Positions 1 through 9,803 of a stretch of DNA of 64,000 bases are shown in pieces (position 1 is the stretch's first letter; the number at the start of each line of letters is the position of its first letter). This DNA comes from Alphaproteobacteria bacterium (GTDB taxonomy: Bacteria > Pseudomonadota > Alphaproteobacteria > GCA-2731375), in NCBI GenBank assembly GCA_965225945.1, contig CBDDBZ010000036.1, positions 128,001 to 192,000 on the forward strand. Reading direction: 5' to 3'. Below the pieces are notes generated by a model. It saw only the letters and a list, made by a program, of their open reading frames with translations. It did not search any database and was not told where the DNA came from. The position numbers were made by a program, and so were the translations under genes.

Positions 1-527
1 GCTTCGAACAGTCTTACAACGCCCAGGCCACGGTGGCGGTCGACAGCCTGCTGGTGGTCACCAACGATGTGGTCCAGGCCCCCAACGACAAGCAACACAT
101 CGAGCCGGCGCTGGAAGCGCTCGAGCGGCTCTCCGAGGCGCTGGGCGCGCCCGAGACCCTGCTGGCGGACAGCGGCTACTTCAGCGAGGCCAACGTGAAG
201 GCCTGCGCCGAGGCCGGGATCGCGCCGCTGATCGCGCCCGCTCGGGAGCACCATCATCTCTCCTGGAAGGACCGCTTCGCCGGAGCACCGCCGCCCCCGG
301 AGAACCCGACGCCGCTGGAAGCGATGCGCCATCGACTGGCCTCGCCCGAGGGCCGGCAACTCTACGCCCTGCGCAAGCAAACGCCGGAACCGGTGTTCGG
401 CATCATCAAATCGGTGATGGGCTTCCGCCAGTTCTCGCTACGCGGCCTGGACAAGGTCAGGGGCGAATGGAACTTGGTGACCCTGGCTTGGAACATCAAA
501 AGACTGTTCACCCTGCAATACGCGTGA
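1..527 (+). CDS. IS1182-family DDE transposase, C-terminal part
   Basis: Motifs YNAQ, LLADSGYFSEAN, RKQTPEPVFGIIKSVMGFRQFSLRG, EWNLVTLAWNIKRL; frame open to the window edge. Confidence 0.9.
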   Translation, partial: FEQSYNAQATVAVDSLLVVTNDVVQAPNDKQHIEPALEALERLSEALGAPETLLADSGYFSEANVKACAEAGIAPLIAPAREHHHLSWKDRFAGAPPPPENPTPLEAMRHRLASPEGRQLYALRKQTPEPVFGIIKSVMGFRQFSLRGLDKVRGEWNLVTLAWNIKRLFTLQYA

Positions 528-701
528 GCAAGCGGCCCAACTCCGTGTCCTCGCGAAAGGGCCTAAAGTGTATGCTCGCCTCGCGATACACGCGAGCAAG
601 CGGCCGGACGCCATGTCCTCACGAAAGATGCCCGAACCCATGACCTCTCCACATCCCGATCCGTCCACACCCCTTCTCGCGGACCTCAGTCCGACAGGCT
701 G
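1..701 (+). mobile_element. IS1182-family insertion sequence, 3' part (left end outside the window)
   Basis: Transposase C-terminus, then a putative right end AGTCCGACAGGCTG (~688-701) followed by CTAG (702-705). The left IR cannot be checked here. Confidence 0.8.
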
Positions 702-727
702 CTAGGCTCGGAAGAAAGGCTCCGAAG

Positions 728-1153
728 ATGGCACTCAAGCTAACGCTTTCGCCCAACGAGAAGTTGGTGGTCAATGGCGCGGTGATCCAGAATGGTGACC
801 GCCGCGCCAGCGTCGTGATCCAGAACAAGGCCTCGATCCTGCGCGAGAAGGACATCCTGCTGCCCGAGCAGGCCGACACGCCCATGCGGCGGGTCTACTT
901 CGCGATCATGATGATGTACCTCGACGAGAGGCAGCCGAAGCCGCACTTCGAGGAGTTCACGACGCGGATCACCGAGTTCATGAACGCGATCCACGATTCC
1001 GACGCGCTGGCCGGCTGTGTCGAGATCATCCAACTCGTGCACGACAAGGAGTACTACAAGGCGCTCCTGGCGTGCCGGCGGCTCTACGATTTCGAGGAAG
1101 CGAGGTTGAACTATGTCCCTCCAGACATATCAGCGGATTCAGAACGCCACTGA
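728..1153 (+). CDS. flbT: Flagellar biosynthesis regulator FlbT
   Basis: MALKLTLSPNEKLVVNGAVIQNGDRR...ILREKDIL..ADTPMRRVYFAIMMMYL..YYKALLACRRL. Confidence 0.92.
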   Translation: MALKLTLSPNEKLVVNGAVIQNGDRRASVVIQNKASILREKDILLPEQADTPMRRVYFAIMMMYLDERQPKPHFEEFTTRITEFMNAIHDSDALAGCVEIIQLVHDKEYYKALLACRRLYDFEEARLNYVPPDISADSERH

Positions 1154-1454
1154 GGACGGGCGGCGGACCGAGTACCGCCTTTTCGCCCTGGTGACCAAGT
1201 CACTGCGCGACGCCGCCGAGAGCGACGACCGCTCGGCCCGGACCAAGGCGCTGCATTGGAACCGTCGGCTCTGGCTGACGCTGCAGGCGGATTGCGCCAC
1301 CGACGACAACGGGCTTCCCGAGCCGGTTCGCGCCGGCATCATCTCGCTCGCCATCTGGGTCGACCGACATTCCCGCGAGGTGATGCGAGGCGAGAGCGAG
1401 TTCGGGCCCTTGATCGACATCAACCGGTCGATGATGGAGGGTCTATCCTCCTGA
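1113..1454 (+). CDS. flaF: Flagellar biosynthesis regulator FlaF
   Basis: RRTEYRLF..ALHWNRRLWLTLQADCATDDNGLPEPVRAGIISLAIWV..LIDINRSMMEGL; overlaps flbT. Confidence 0.92.
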   Translation: MSLQTYQRIQNATEDGRRTEYRLFALVTKSLRDAAESDDRSARTKALHWNRRLWLTLQADCATDDNGLPEPVRAGIISLAIWVDRHSREVMRGESEFGPLIDINRSMMEGLSS

Positions 1455-1549
1455 CCGCCCGGCGCGCCGAACCCGGGGCGCCGCATTCTGGGTCGAACTC
1501 GTCGCCCACGAACTCGGCACCAACCGGGGGTGAGACGGCGCGCGCGGCC

Positions 1550-1870
1550 TCACTCGGCGGCGCGGCTGTCGGCCAACCCGTAGTCGCGATAGATCTCCGC
1601 GACCGAGATCCGATAATCGGCGAAGATCTCGCGCCGGCCGCGTTGCTGTGCCGCCTGGTGTTCGGCATGCGCGCGCCAAGTCTTCACCGCTTGCCTGTCC
1701 CGCCAGAAGGAGAGGGAGAGGAATTTTCCCGGCGTGGTCATGCTCTCGAAGCGTTCGACGGAGATGAAGCCGTCGATCCTCTCCAGCTCCGGGCGCAGCG
1801 TGGCCGCGATATCGAAATACTCGCCGGCGCGGCCGTCCTTGGGCGTCACCTGAAAGATCACCGCGATCAT
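1550..1870 (-). CDS. Antibiotic biosynthesis monooxygenase (ABM) family protein
   Basis: MIAVIFQVTP..YFDIAATLRPELERIDGFISVERFES..LSLSFWRD..HQAAQQRGRREIFADYRISVAE (3' part of the 1550..3007 ORF). Confidence 0.88.
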   Translation of the reverse strand: MIAVIFQVTPKDGRAGEYFDIAATLRPELERIDGFISVERFESMTTPGKFLSLSFWRDRQAVKTWRAHAEHQAAQQRGRREIFADYRISVAEIYRDYGLADSRAAE

Positions 1871-1899
1871 CGCCTTGGCTCCGCTTCGTTTTGAAGAAT

Positions 1900-3033
1900 T
1901 TACTGCCGTGCCGCCGTCGCGTCGAGGGCTCGACGCGGCGGCCGGTCGATGCCGCCGCCGAGGCTCGCGCGGTCGATCGCCACCGCCTTGACCACGGCGT
2001 GGACGGCCACGCCCGGGCGGATCGCCAACTCCTCCAGCGAGCGCCGCGTGATCCGGGCCCTGAGCGGCACGCCGATATCGACCAGGACGTCGACCTGCGG
2101 TCCCTCGGTGGCGCCGACCTCGATCACCTCGCCGGCGAAGACGTTGAGCACGCTGGAGCGTTCCGGCGGCATCAGGGCGAGGCTGACGTCCCGCGCGCGC
2201 ACCCGAACCCTGAGCCGGGCACCCGGGTCGAGATCGATCCGGGGGACCCAGAAACCGCCGCCGGGGAATCGGAGGTGGCTGAGGTCCCACCTCTCGTCGT
2301 GCGTCGCGACCTCGCAGGCGAAGGCGCTGCCGGCATCGAAGCGCCCGGTATCCGGTGTCAGGTCCAGTCGCGACAGCAGTTCCTCGACCCCGCCCTGGGC
2401 CGCGATCCGCCCCTCGGAGACCAGCACCAGCCGGTCGGCGAGGCGCAACACCTCCTCCATCGCGTGGGTGACGTAGACGATCGCCGTCGCCCCGCTCTCG
2501 GCCAGCCGCTCGATGAAAGGCAGAATCTCGTGCTTCAGCGCGGAATCGAGGCTGGCCAGCGGCTCGTCCATCAACAACACGCGCGGGCCGGCGAGCAACG
2601 CTCGACCGATCGCCACGCGTTGACGTTCGCCACCCGAGAGATCGGCTGGCCGTCTGGCCAGGAACGGCGCCAGGTCGAGCAGTCGGACAACCTCCCCGAA
2701 GTCGGCGCCAGGCGCGTCGCGCGGCGCGCGTCGGGCGCCGTAGCCGAGGTTCCGCGCCACCGTCATGTGGGGAAATAGCCGCGCGTCCTGGAAGACGTAG
2801 CCGAGGCGGCGGCGCTCCGGCGCGAGGTCGATGCCGCGATGCGAATCGAACAGGACGACGTCGTCGACCACCACCCGCCCGGCGGCCGGTCGCCTGAGCC
2901 CCGCCAGCGCCTCGACGATGCTGGTCTTGCCGGCGCCGGAGCGCCCGAATAGCGCCGTCACCCGCGCGTCGCTCTCGAATGTCGCGTCGAGTGCGAAATC
3001 GCCCCATCGCCCCGATATCTCCACCTCGAGCAT
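1900..3033 (-). CDS. modC: Molybdate ABC transporter ATP-binding protein
   Basis: Walker A GRSGAGKT, YVFQDARLFPH, LSGGERQRVAIGRALL, C-terminal TOBE/Mop-like region; ATG at 3033. Confidence 0.93.
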   Translation of the reverse strand: MLEVEISGRWGDFALDATFESDARVTALFGRSGAGKTSIVEALAGLRRPAAGRVVVDDVVLFDSHRGIDLAPERRRLGYVFQDARLFPHMTVARNLGYGARRAPRDAPGADFGEVVRLLDLAPFLARRPADLSGGERQRVAIGRALLAGPRVLLMDEPLASLDSALKHEILPFIERLAESGATAIVYVTHAMEEVLRLADRLVLVSEGRIAAQGGVEELLSRLDLTPDTGRFDAGSAFACEVATHDERWDLSHLRFPGGGFWVPRIDLDPGARLRVRVRARDVSLALMPPERSSVLNVFAGEVIEVGATEGPQVDVLVDIGVPLRARITRRSLEELAIRPGVAVHAVVKAVAIDRASLGGGIDRPPRRALDATAARQ

Positions 3034-3035
3034 GA

Positions 3036-3719
3036 CTATCCTCCGAGCCGCCGGGCGAGCCGGCGCGCCAGCCATTCGGAGCCGGCGAGCGCGGCCACGG
3101 AAACCACGACCGAGATGACGACCAGCCGCGTCGCCGCGGTCTCGCCCTCCACTGTCTGCAACACCGAATAGATGGCGAGCGGGAGCGTGCGCGTCTCGCC
3201 CGGAATGTTGGCGGCGAAGGTGATGGTGGCGCCGAATTCGCCCAGGCAGCGGGCGAAACCGAGCACCGCGCCGGCGAGGACGCCGGGAAGCGTCAGCGGC
3301 AGCGTGATGGTGAGGAAGACGTCGAGGCGGCCGGCGCCGAGCGTGCGGGCCGCCGTTTCCAGCCGCCGGTCCACCGCCTCCAACGACAGGCGGATCGCCC
3401 GCACGATCAGCGGGAAGGCCATGATGCCGGCGGCGAGCGCCGCGCCGGTCCAAGTGAAGATCAGCGTGACGCCTAGGCTTTCGTGCAGCCATGCGCCGAG
3501 GATGCCGTTCCGCCCGAAGCTCACGATCAACAGATAGCCGACCACCACCGGCGGCAACACCAGGGGCAGGTGAATCACGCCGTCGAGCAGGCTCTTTCCC
3601 GGGAACTCGAGCCGTGCCAGCACCACGGCCGCCAGCAGCGCCAGCGGCAAGGCCACGCCGACCGCCACGACCGACACCTTCGCCGACAGCGCGAGAACCT
3701 CGATCTCGCCGGCGGTCAT
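3036..3719 (-). CDS. modB: Molybdate ABC transporter permease
   Basis: HLPLVLPPVVVGYLL, FARCLGEFGATITFAANIPGETRTLPLAIY; start at 3719 or 3731. Confidence 0.93.
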   Translation of the reverse strand: MTAGEIEVLALSAKVSVVAVGVALPLALLAAVVLARLEFPGKSLLDGVIHLPLVLPPVVVGYLLIVSFGRNGILGAWLHESLGVTLIFTWTGAALAAGIMAFPLIVRAIRLSLEAVDRRLETAARTLGAGRLDVFLTITLPLTLPGVLAGAVLGFARCLGEFGATITFAANIPGETRTLPLAIYSVLQTVEGETAATRLVVISVVVSVAALAGSEWLARRLARRLGG

Positions 3720-3799
3720 ACCAACCGCCATAAATGGCGACTCCCCGCGCCGCCCCGCTCCCCGGTCTTCTCCCCTGGCCAAACCACCCGTGAGTCTTT

Positions 3800-4002
3800 G
3801 TCGCCACGCTGGCACGTGGCATGGCCCGGCCAGCCCGCCCCCCCGCCCGACGGGTTATTCGTCGCCACGCGTGCGCGTGGCATGGCCCGGCCGGCCCGCT
3901 CCCCCGCCCAACCACCCGAGCGCGCCGGCCGGGCCGATCCCGACTCGCCGCCGGGGCCTCCCGCTCCTGGGTGGTTGGGCGGGGGAGCGGGAGGCCCCGG
4001 CG
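3800..4002. repeat. Structured intergenic repeat between modA and modB
   Basis: ~49-bp direct repeat at 3800-3848 and 3861-3909; inverted pairs 3895-3917/3969-3991 and 3949-3967/3984-4002. Confidence 0.8.
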
Positions 4003-4088
4003 GGCCGCGCGAGCGGCCATCGACAAAGAACGCCGGCGGAGCGGGGCGGTCAGGACTTACGTCGGTTGGGATCAATTCGAGTCCCCGT

Positions 4089-4871
4089 TCAATCGCCGTC
4101 CGCGACGGCTATGAAGCCGTGTCGGCGGTAGACCTCCCGGGCCTCCGCCGAGACGAGAAAGGCCATGAAGGCCGGCGCCCGAGGGTGCTCGCCGCCCTCG
4201 ATCCGTGCCGCCGGATAGACGATCGGCGGGTGCGCCTCTCGGGGGAGGCGATAGGCAATCCGAACCGCCGTCGTCACCCGTGCGTCGGTCTCGTAGACGA
4301 TCCCCGCCGGCACCTCGGCCCTCGCGACCAAGGCCAGGGCCTCGCGTACCGAGCCCATGGGCGCGAGCCTGTCGACAAGCCCGCGCCAGAGGCCGAAGTG
4401 GCGCAGCGCCGCCTCGGCGTAACGTCCGGCGGGCACGTGGTCGGGATCGCCGATCGCCAGGCGGCCGTCGCCCAAGGCTTCGGCGAATGCCTCGCCTCGG
4501 CTCGGATGCGGAAATTCCCCTCGACGCTTGCTGGGCACGGCGACGACGAGACGATTGCGGAAGAGATCGCGTCGGCTGGCGGGGCGGATCGCGCCGCGAG
4601 CGGCCAAGTGATCCATCCAGGCGGCATCGGCCGAGATGTAGACGTCGGCCGGCGCGCCGCCCAGGATCTGGCGGGCGAGCGTGGAAGAGGCGGCGAAGTT
4701 GGTGCGCACCGCCGGGCCGCCCCGATCCTCGAAGCGCCGGGCGAGCGCGCTCACGACCTCGGTGGTGCTGGCCGCCGCGAAGACGGTGATCGGTTCCGCC
4801 TGCGCTTCGCCGGCGAGAATCGCGATGGCCAGGACGAGCGGCGCGAGGAGCGGCTTACTCGGTCCCGCCAT
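4089..4871 (-). CDS. modA: Molybdate ABC transporter substrate-binding protein
   Basis: Signal peptide, then [61 protein letters not shown]. Confidence 0.93.
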   Translation of the reverse strand: MAGPSKPLLAPLVLAIAILAGEAQAEPITVFAAASTTEVVSALARRFEDRGGPAVRTNFAASSTLARQILGGAPADVYISADAAWMDHLAARGAIRPASRRDLFRNRLVVAVPSKRRGEFPHPSRGEAFAEALGDGRLAIGDPDHVPAGRYAEAALRHFGLWRGLVDRLAPMGSVREALALVARAEVPAGIVYETDARVTTAVRIAYRLPREAHPPIVYPAARIEGGEHPRAPAFMAFLVSAEAREVYRRHGFIAVADGD

Positions 4872-5277
4872 ACAGCTCCTCCGGCGGTACGACGACCTCG
4901 GCGATCGTGCGCAGTTTCCCCTCGCGCGGCGCCCGGAAGAAACAGCTTCGCCGCCCGGTGTGGCAGGCGACGCCCCGCTGATGGACCTTGAGCAGGACGG
5001 TGTCGCCATCGCAATCGAGCAGCAGGTCGACGACCGTCTGGGTCTGGCCCGAGCTCTCGCCCTTGCGCCAGAGTGTGCGGCGGGTTCGGGACCAATAGCA
5101 GGCACGGCCGGTGCGAAGCGTCTCCTCCAACGCCTCGCGGTTCATCCAGGCCATCATCAGGACCTGGCCGGTATCGGCCGCCTGGGCGATGGCCGGCACC
5201 AGGCCCTCCGCGTCGAAGGCGACCGCCGCCACCGTCTCGGCGATGCCGGCTTCGCTTGTGTCGAGGGGCGTGCTCAT
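4855..5277 (-). CDS. hisI: Phosphoribosyl-AMP cyclohydrolase
   Basis: [47 protein letters not shown]. Confidence 0.95.
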   Translation of the reverse strand: MSTPLDTSEAGIAETVAAVAFDAEGLVPAIAQAADTGQVLMMAWMNREALEETLRTGRACYWSRTRRTLWRKGESSGQTQTVVDLLLDCDGDTVLLKVHQRGVACHTGRRSCFFRAPREGKLRTIAEVVVPPEELYGGTE

Positions 5278-5296
5278 CGCTGACGCGTCTCCGTCC

Positions 5297-6472
5297 TCAG
5301 GCGGCGGCCCGCATCTGCTGGAATCCGGCCTCGAGGTCCAGGATCAGGTCCTCGACCGCCTCCAGCCCGGCGTGGAAGCGGAGCGTCGGCCCGGGATGGG
5401 GCCAGGCGGTGACGGAGCGCATGTCGTTGGGGTGCGTTACCAGGATCAAGCTCTCGTATCCGCCCCAGGAGGCACCGAGGTGGAAGAACCGCAACCGATC
5501 GACGAAGGCGGTCAAGGCTTGCTTGGAAAGCGGCTTCAAGGTCACGCCGAAGAGTCCGCTGGCGCCGAGAAAGTCGCGCTGCCAGATCTGGTGTCCCGGA
5601 TCTCTCGGATGGCCCGGATACATCACGCATTCGACCTCCGGGCGGGACCAGAACCAGTCGGCGAGCGCGAGCGCGTTCTCGGCGTGGCGCTGCAGGCGGA
5701 CGGCGAGGGTGCGGGCGCCGCGCTGGCCCAGATAAACGTCGTCCGGCCCCGCGCACTGACCGAGGTCGGTGGTGCATTCCGCCAACAGGGGCCAGGCCGC
5801 TTCGCTGGAGCTGGCGATGCCGAGCATGGCGTCGGAATGGCCCACGAGATACTTGGTCGCGGCGTGGATCGACACATCGATACCGTGCTGGAAGGGTTTG
5901 AAGAAGAGCGGCGAGGCCCAGGTGTTGTCCATCATCACCGTGGCCTCCTTGGCGCGGCCGAGGGCGGCCAGGCGCGGCACGTCCATCATCTCGAAGGTGA
6001 GCGAGCCCGGCGCTTCCAGGTAGAGCGCCTTGGTGTTCGGCTGAAAGAGAGCCTCGACCTCCTCCGGCCGGAGCGGATCGAAGAAGCTATGCGTGACGCC
6101 GAAGCGGGTGAGGAAGCGTTGGCAAAGGCGGCGGCACGGCCCATAGACGTTGTCGGCGACGAGGATGTGGTCGCCGGCGTTCAGATAGGCGGTCAGTACC
6201 GTGGCGATGGCCGCGATGCCCGAGGGAAAGAGCCGCGCCCGGTGTCCGCCCTCGAGCTCGGTCACGAAGTCCTCGAGCGCGAAGCTGGTCGGCGTGCCGG
6301 AGCGCCCGTAGAAGGTGCCGCGCTCGCCCGCTTCGCGCCGCCGCCGCGAGTCCTCCCATTCGCCGAGGGTCCGCGAAACGATGGTGGAGGCGTGATAGAC
6401 GGGCGGGTTGACCGCGCCCTCGTAGTTCTCCGGGTGACGGCCGGCGACGACGATCTTGCTTTCGTCCTTCAT
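5297..6472 (-). CDS. metC: Cystathionine beta-lyase
   Basis: [60 protein letters not shown]. Confidence 0.92.
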   Translation of the reverse strand: MKDESKIVVAGRHPENYEGAVNPPVYHASTIVSRTLGEWEDSRRRREAGERGTFYGRSGTPTSFALEDFVTELEGGHRARLFPSGIAAIATVLTAYLNAGDHILVADNVYGPCRRLCQRFLTRFGVTHSFFDPLRPEEVEALFQPNTKALYLEAPGSLTFEMMDVPRLAALGRAKEATVMMDNTWASPLFFKPFQHGIDVSIHAATKYLVGHSDAMLGIASSSEAAWPLLAECTTDLGQCAGPDDVYLGQRGARTLAVRLQRHAENALALADWFWSRPEVECVMYPGHPRDPGHQIWQRDFLGASGLFGVTLKPLSKQALTAFVDRLRFFHLGASWGGYESLILVTHPNDMRSVTAWPHPGPTLRFHAGLEAVEDLILDLEAGFQQMRAAA

Positions 6473-6597
6473 CTTCACTCCATGATGTTCGCGCGCTCCT
6501 TCGAGGCCGCGCATCTTACGCTCCAGCGCGTCCGATCGAGGCCGCGCATCCTACGCCCTTGGGCGCCGGGCGTCAGGCGCGAATATCGTCTCGGCCC

Positions 6598-8213
6598 TCA
6601 GGGTCGATCTTGCAGGATCATGTCGGAGGCCTTTTCCGCGATCATGATCGTGGGAGCGTTGGTGTTGCCGGAGGTGATGATCGGCATCACCGAGGCGTCG
6701 ACCACGCGAAGCCCGCCGAGGCCGTGGACCCGCAGGCGCGGATCGACCACAGCGCCCGAGTCTGCGCCCATCCGGCAGGTGCCGACGGGATGGAAGATGG
6801 TGGTGCCGATGTTGCCGGCCTCGCGCTCCAAGGCTTCCTGGGACTGGAACTCGGCGCCGGGCTTGTATTCCTCGGGCCGGAAGCGGGCCAGCGCCGGCGC
6901 GGCGCAGATCCGTCGGGTGAGCCGAATCGAGTCGGCCGCGACCTGGCGATCCTTGGCCGTCGAGAGGTAGTTCGGCTGAATCTCGGGCGGCGCCTTGGGA
7001 TCGGGCGAGGAAATTCGGATATGGCCCCGGCTCTCCGGGCGGAGGTTGCAGACCGAGGCGGTGAGGCCGGGGAAGGGGTGCAGGTCCGCGCCCAGCTTGT
7101 CGGTGCTGAGGGGCTGGATGTGATACTCGAGGTTCGCGGTGTCGTAGCTCGGATCGCTCTTGGCGAAGGCGCCGAGTTGGCTCGGCGCCATGGTCAGCGG
7201 ACCGCGCCGGAAGAGGACGTATTCGAGCCCCATCATCACCCGGCCGATTGCGCTGCCCGCCCGCTCGTTGAGCGTGATGGTATCGCCGACCTTGTAGACG
7301 AGGCGGAGCTGAAGGTGGTCCTGCAGGTTCTCGCCGACACCGCCGAGCTCGTGGCGGAGCTCGACGCCCTTGTCGCTCAGCACCTCGCCCGGCCCGATGC
7401 CCGAGACCTGCAGCAGGTGCGGCGAGCCGACGGCACCGCTCGCCAGGATCAGCTCGCCGGCCACCTCTGCCCGGGCCGGCGCGCCGTCGAGGCTGAAGGC
7501 GAGGCCGCTCGCGCGACCCTCCGCGAGCTCGATGCCGGTCGCCTGGGCGTTGACCAGGAGCTCGAGGTTGGGGCGGTGCAGCACCGGTCGGAGGAAGGCC
7601 TTGGCGTTGTTCCAGCGCACGCCCTTCTTCTGGTGGACCTTGAAATAGCCGACCCCTTCGTTGTCGCCACGATTGAAATCGTCGATCTTCGCCAGCCCCG
7701 CCTCGGCCGCCGCCTCGCGGAACGCATCCAGGATTTCCCAGGAGAGCCGCATGTTTTCGACCCGCAATTCGCCCCCGGTGGCGTGAAATTCATCGGCCCC
7801 CTCGGCGTAATCCTCCGACTTCAGGAAATAGGGCAGCACGTCGTCCCAGCCCCAGCCCGTATTGCCGAGCTGGCGCCAGAGGTCGTAGTCGCGCGCCTGG
7901 CCCCTGAGATAGAGCATCCCGTTGATCGAGCTGCAGCCGCCGAGCGTCTTGCCGCGCGGATAGGCGAGGGCCCGCCCGTTCAGCCCGGGTACCGCCTCGG
8001 TCATGAAGCACCAGTCGGTTCGGGGATTGTTCATCGTGTAGAGATAGCCGACCGGAATATGGATCCAGATGTAGCTGTCGCGCCCGCCCGCCTCCAACAA
8101 AAGCACCTGTTCCTCGGGTCCCGGGACAGCCGATTGGCGAGCACGCAGCCGGCCGAGCCCGCGCCCACCACGACGTAGTCGAACCTGCCGACATTCCTGG
8201 TCTCGCCCGCCAT
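6598..8213 (-). CDS. GMC-family (choline dehydrogenase-like) oxidoreductase with a -1 frameshift near 8106
   Basis: FAD motif [20 protein letters not shown] lies in ORF 8031..8237; the rest ([38 protein letters not shown]) lies in ORF 6598..8106. Sequencing error or pseudogene. Confidence 0.85.
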
Positions 8214-8313
8214 GTCTCTTTCCCGGTCCGGCGCCATGTTCCGCGCAACGATAATACGCTAGCCTCGTCGCGGAAGGGCAAGCCGGTCGGGCGAACAGGC
8301 GTAATGGTGAGAC

Positions 8314-8526
8314 ATGAAATACCTACTCGTCGTTTTTCTGTTGATGCAGGGGGAGTGGGTCCGCGGCGACACCCTGGAGGGCTGGGGCTCGATCGCCTAT
8401 CCGAGCCTCGAGGCCTGCGAGAAGAGCAAGAGCCGCGCGGAGGCCATCCAGACCGGGCTGGAGAGGTACAATTCGCGCGCCTACCAAAAGCGCTTCGCCT
8501 GCGAGAAGCGGCCGTCATCCAATTGA
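8314..8526 (+). CDS. Small putatively exported hypothetical protein (70 aa)
   Basis: Hydrophobic N-terminus MKYLLVVFLLM, two Cys (SLEAC..RFAC), GC-rich third codon positions, fills an intergenic gap. Confidence 0.6.
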   Translation: MKYLLVVFLLMQGEWVRGDTLEGWGSIAYPSLEACEKSKSRAEAIQTGLERYNSRAYQKRFACEKRPSSN

Positions 8527-8671
8527 TTATTCGGCCCATGTCGCGGTCGGGCGACCGGAAACCTGTTGCGGTGGCCCTGGCGTCTGGCTAGGCTCGCGCA
8601 TTGACCTCTTGAGGGGGGACGCGGGATCGTCCCCGTTGCGAAAAGAGGCTTGCCAAGGGAGGACGTTAGGA

Positions 8672-9712
8672 ATGAAACTGGTCAAATTCGCCGCCGCCTT
8701 CGCTGCGGCGGCTGGGTTGCTCGCCGCCGGCGCGACAGCCGCCTCGGCCGAGAGCACGCTCGAAATCGTCAAGAAGCGCGGCATGCTTCGCTGTCAGGTC
8801 GGCCCGCCGTCGCCCGGTTTCTACAATCTAGATGCCAGCGGCAACTGGTATGGCAGCGACGTGGCGGTCTGCAAGGCGATCGCGGCGGCGGTGCTGGGCG
8901 ATGTCAAGAAGCTCGAAATCCAGTCGGTCAGCACCCAGGCTCGCTTTACCGCCTTGGCCAACGGTGAATCGGACGTACTGTCGCGCACGACGACCTGGAC
9001 GCTGCTGCGCGACACGCAGCTCGGCCTCGACTTCACGGCGGTCAACTTTTACGACGGCCAGGGCTTCATGGTCTCGAAGGGCAGCGGCATCAAGAGCGCG
9101 CTCCAGCTCGAGGGCGCCACGGTCTGCGTGCTGACCGGCACCACGACCGAGCTGAACCTCGCCGACTACAACCGGAACAACAACCTGAAGATACAGCCGG
9201 TGACCTTCGAGGATCCCAACGTCCGCAACGACACCTACCTGCAGGGTGGCTGTGACGCGATGACCGGCGACAAGTCCGGCCTGGCATCGGCCAAGTCGAA
9301 TTTCCCCAACCCGGCCGAGCACGTGATTCTGCCCGAGACGATCTCGAAGGAACCGCTGGGTCCGGTCGTTCGGCAGAACGATTCGCAGTGGATGGACATC
9401 GTCAAGTGGACGGTCTTCGCGCTCGTCGCGGCCGAGGAGCTGGGCATCAACTCGAAGAACGTCGACAGGATGCGCACGAACCCGCCGAACCCGGAAGTCG
9501 GCCGCATGCTCGGTGTCGAGGGCAATCTGGAGAAGGGCCTCGGCCTCTCGAAGGATTGGGCCTACAACATCATCAAGCAGGTCGGCAACTACGGCGAGGT
9601 CTACGAGGCCTACATGGGTGGCGGCAAGCTCGGCATCGGCATCGGCCGGGCCGGTTCGCCGAACGCGCTGTGGACCAAGGGCGGTCTGCAGTATTCCCCG
9701 CCGTTCCGTTGA
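8672..9712 (+). CDS. aapJ: General L-amino acid ABC transporter substrate-binding protein
   Basis: Signal peptide; RFTALANGESDVLSRTTTWT, FYDGQGFMV, PETISKEPLGPVVRQND, IKQVGNYGE, GGLQYSPPFR; GGAGG upstream. Confidence 0.92.
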   Translation: MKLVKFAAAFAAAAGLLAAGATAASAESTLEIVKKRGMLRCQVGPPSPGFYNLDASGNWYGSDVAVCKAIAAAVLGDVKKLEIQSVSTQARFTALANGESDVLSRTTTWTLLRDTQLGLDFTAVNFYDGQGFMVSKGSGIKSALQLEGATVCVLTGTTTELNLADYNRNNNLKIQPVTFEDPNVRNDTYLQGGCDAMTGDKSGLASAKSNFPNPAEHVILPETISKEPLGPVVRQNDSQWMDIVKWTVFALVAAEELGINSKNVDRMRTNPPNPEVGRMLGVEGNLEKGLGLSKDWAYNIIKQVGNYGEVYEAYMGGGKLGIGIGRAGSPNALWTKGGLQYSPPFR

Positions 9713-9722
9713 GTTCGCAAAT

Positions 9723-9754
9723 GTGGCGTCCGAGTTCGCTCGGGCGCCACTTTC
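9723..9754 (+). terminator. Stem-loop after aapJ (partial terminator or mRNA stabiliser)
   Basis: GTGGCGTCCGAG-TTCG-CTCGGGCGCCAC-TTT: 12-bp stem with a UUCG tetraloop. Confidence 0.65.
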
Positions 9755-9803
9755 GCTGCTCTCGCGCGTTTCATCGATGACGTAAACAGCGACGGCGGGC
9801 GTC

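Noticed and set aside
1900-4026. 708-aa ModC, and similarly extended ORFs for aapM, tyrS, trpC, scpB, tatA, tsf and the SelA-like gene
   Set aside because: The extensions overlap upstream genes and are low-complexity read-through; homology starts at the internal start codons given in the features.
5111-8178. Long antisense ORFs (5111..6970 and 6559..8178; likewise 16787..18559, 30040..31926, 50760..53165 and others)
   Set aside because: Shadow frames of real genes, expected in high-GC DNA where stop codons are rare.
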